Shown here: positions 62,001-64,000 of the stretch, in pieces
How the letters are laid out: the number at the start of each line of letters is the position of its first letter
Numbering within the stretch: the stretch's first letter is position 1
Source: Euglena gracilis
Taxonomy: Eukaryota
DNA: 64,000 nt
Assembly (NCBI GenBank): GCA_039621445.1
Contig: CP154954.1
Span: forward strand, 36,255,703 to 36,319,702
Direction of reading: 5' to 3'
Program-made: the position numbers and the translations under genes
Notes under the pieces: generated by a model
What the model was told of the DNA's origin: nothing
The model's input: only the letters and a program-made list of their open reading frames with translations
The model's database searches: none

Positions 62001-64000
62001 CGTCCCCCGGAATGGTCGAATGCACCCATCTAAATGTGCCGATTTCTTGCAACCAACATTCCCGCTGCATGTTTCTCTCACCATTAAACCACGACAATCA
62101 TGAAACCAACGGGTCCCCTGACTTTGGAGGCCTCCTGCAACACCTATTCGGTTACTCGGAGTAGTGCCCAATTTGGTCCATTTTTACATGGTAACCTCGG
62201 CTGACCTGGTAAATGTCCCCGGAATGGTCGAATGCACCCATCTAAATGTGCTGATATCTTGCAACCAACATTCCCGCTGCATGTTTTTATTACCACTAAA
62301 CCACGACAATCATGGAACCAACGGGTCCCCTGACTTTGGAGGCCTCCTGGAACACCCATTCGGTTACTCGGAGTAAGGCCCAATTTGGTCCGTTTTTACA
62401 TGGTAACCTGGGCTGACCTGGTAAATGTCCCCCGGAATGGTCGAATGCACCGATGTAAATCTGTTCATTTCTTGCAACCAACAGTCCCGCTGCATGTTTT
62501 TCTGACCATTAAACCACGACAATCATGAAACCAACGGGTCCCCTGACTTTGGAGGCCTCCTGGAACACCCATTCGGTTACTCGGAGTAAGGCCCAATTTG
62601 GTCCATTTTTACATGGTAACCTGAGCTGAACTGGTAAATGTCCCCCCCGGAATGGTCGAATGCACCCATCTAAATGTGCTGATTTCTTGCGACCAACATT
62701 CCCGCTGCATGTTTCTCTTACCATTAAACCACGACAATCATGAAACCAACGGGTCCCTTGACTTTGGAGGCCTCGTGGAACACCCATTCGGTTACTCGGA
62801 GTAAGGCCCAATTTGGTCCATTTTTACATGGTAACCTGGGCTGACCTGGTAAATGTCCCCGGAATGGTCGAATGCACCCATCTAAATGTGCTGATTTCTT
62901 GCAACCAACATTCCCGCTGCATGTTTCTCTTACCATTAAACCACGACAATCATGAAACCAACGGGTCCCCTGACTTTGGAGGCCTCCTGCAACACCCATT
63001 CGGTTACTCGGAGTAAGGCCCAATTTGGTCCATTTTTACATGGTAACCTGGGCTTACCTGGTAAATGTCCCCCGGAACGGTCGAATGCACCCATCTAAAT
63101 GTGCTGATATATTGCAACCAACATTCCCGCTGCATGTTTTTCTCACTATTAAACCACGACAATCATGAAACAAACGGGTCCCCAGACTTTGGAGGCCTCC
63201 TGGAACACCCATTCGGTTACTCGGAGTAAGGCCCAATTTGGTCCATTTTTACATGGTAACCTGGGCTGACCTGGTAAACGTCCCCCGGAATGGTCGAATG
63301 CACCCATCTAAATGTGCTGATTTCTTGCAACCAACATTCCCGCTGTATGTTTCTCTTACAATTAAACCACGACAATCATGAAACCAACGGGTCCCCTGAC
63401 TTTGGAGGCCTCCTGGACCACCCATTCGATTATTCGGCGTAAGGCCCAATTTGGTCCATTTTTACATGGTAACCTGGGCTGAACTGGTAAATGTCCCCCC
63501 CCGGAATGGTCGAATGCACCCATCTAAATGTGCTGATTTCTTGCAACCAACAATCCCGCTGCATGTTTCTCTTACCATTAAACCACAACAGTCATGAAAC
63601 CAACGGGTCCCCTGACTTTGGAGGCCTCCTGGACCACCCATTCGGTTACTCGGCGTAAGGCCCAGTTTGGTCCATTTTTACATGGTAACCTGAGCTGAAC
63701 TGGTAAATGTCCCCCCCGGAATGGTCGAATGCACCCATCTAAATGTGCTGATTTCTTGCGACCAACATTCCTGCTGCATGTTTCTCTTACCATTAAACCA
63801 CGACAATCATGAAACCAACGGGTCCCCTGACTTTGGAGGCCTCCTGGAACACCCATTCGGTTACTCGGAGTAAGTCCCAATTTGCTCCATTTTTACATGG
63901 TAACCTGGGCTGACCTGGTAAATGTCCCCCGGAATGGTCGAATGCACCCATCAAAATGTGCTCATTTCTCGCAACCAACATTCCCGCTGCATGTTTTTCT

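Larger units (their letters stand above)
30153..64000. repeat. 213-bp tandem satellite array, right arm (about 159 monomers) with local 2- to 10-mer higher-order repeats
   Basis: Same monomer, orientation and phase as the left arm; runs to the window end. Confidence 0.98.

Noticed and set aside
591-63981. Many 60-140 aa ORFs in the satellite arms
   Set aside because: They are translations of the 213-bp repeat, opened and closed by random SNPs and indels, with no coding signature.

Overview
Eukaryotic-type, probably centromeric or heterochromatic DNA. A head-to-tail 213-bp satellite array (about 63 monomers at 1-13372 and about 159 at 30153-64000, with many local higher-order repeats) is interrupted by one full-length 16.8-kb Ty3/Gypsy LTR retrotransposon (13373-30152). 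Its 411-bp LTRs differ at 3 positions, the TSD is AAATG, and it has an iMet-type PBS and a PPT. Unusual features: (1) a Dam/DIRS-type N6-adenine methyltransferase-like domain between protease and RT; (2) a chromodomain-bearing integrase; (3) a long coiled-coil extension before gag; (4) an in-frame gag UAG followed by a strong hairpin (readthrough-like); (5) about 5.5 kb of extra sense ORFs after pol with a RING-like domain; (6) at least 17 perfect mini-hairpins with a G-AAA-C loop; (7) a long G-U-containing hairpin next to the PPT whose tip matches the satellite sequence that abuts the insertion site. Several frameshifts and stops mean this copy is damaged or has assembly errors. Domain calls come from motif recognition by eye, and the host cannot be identified.
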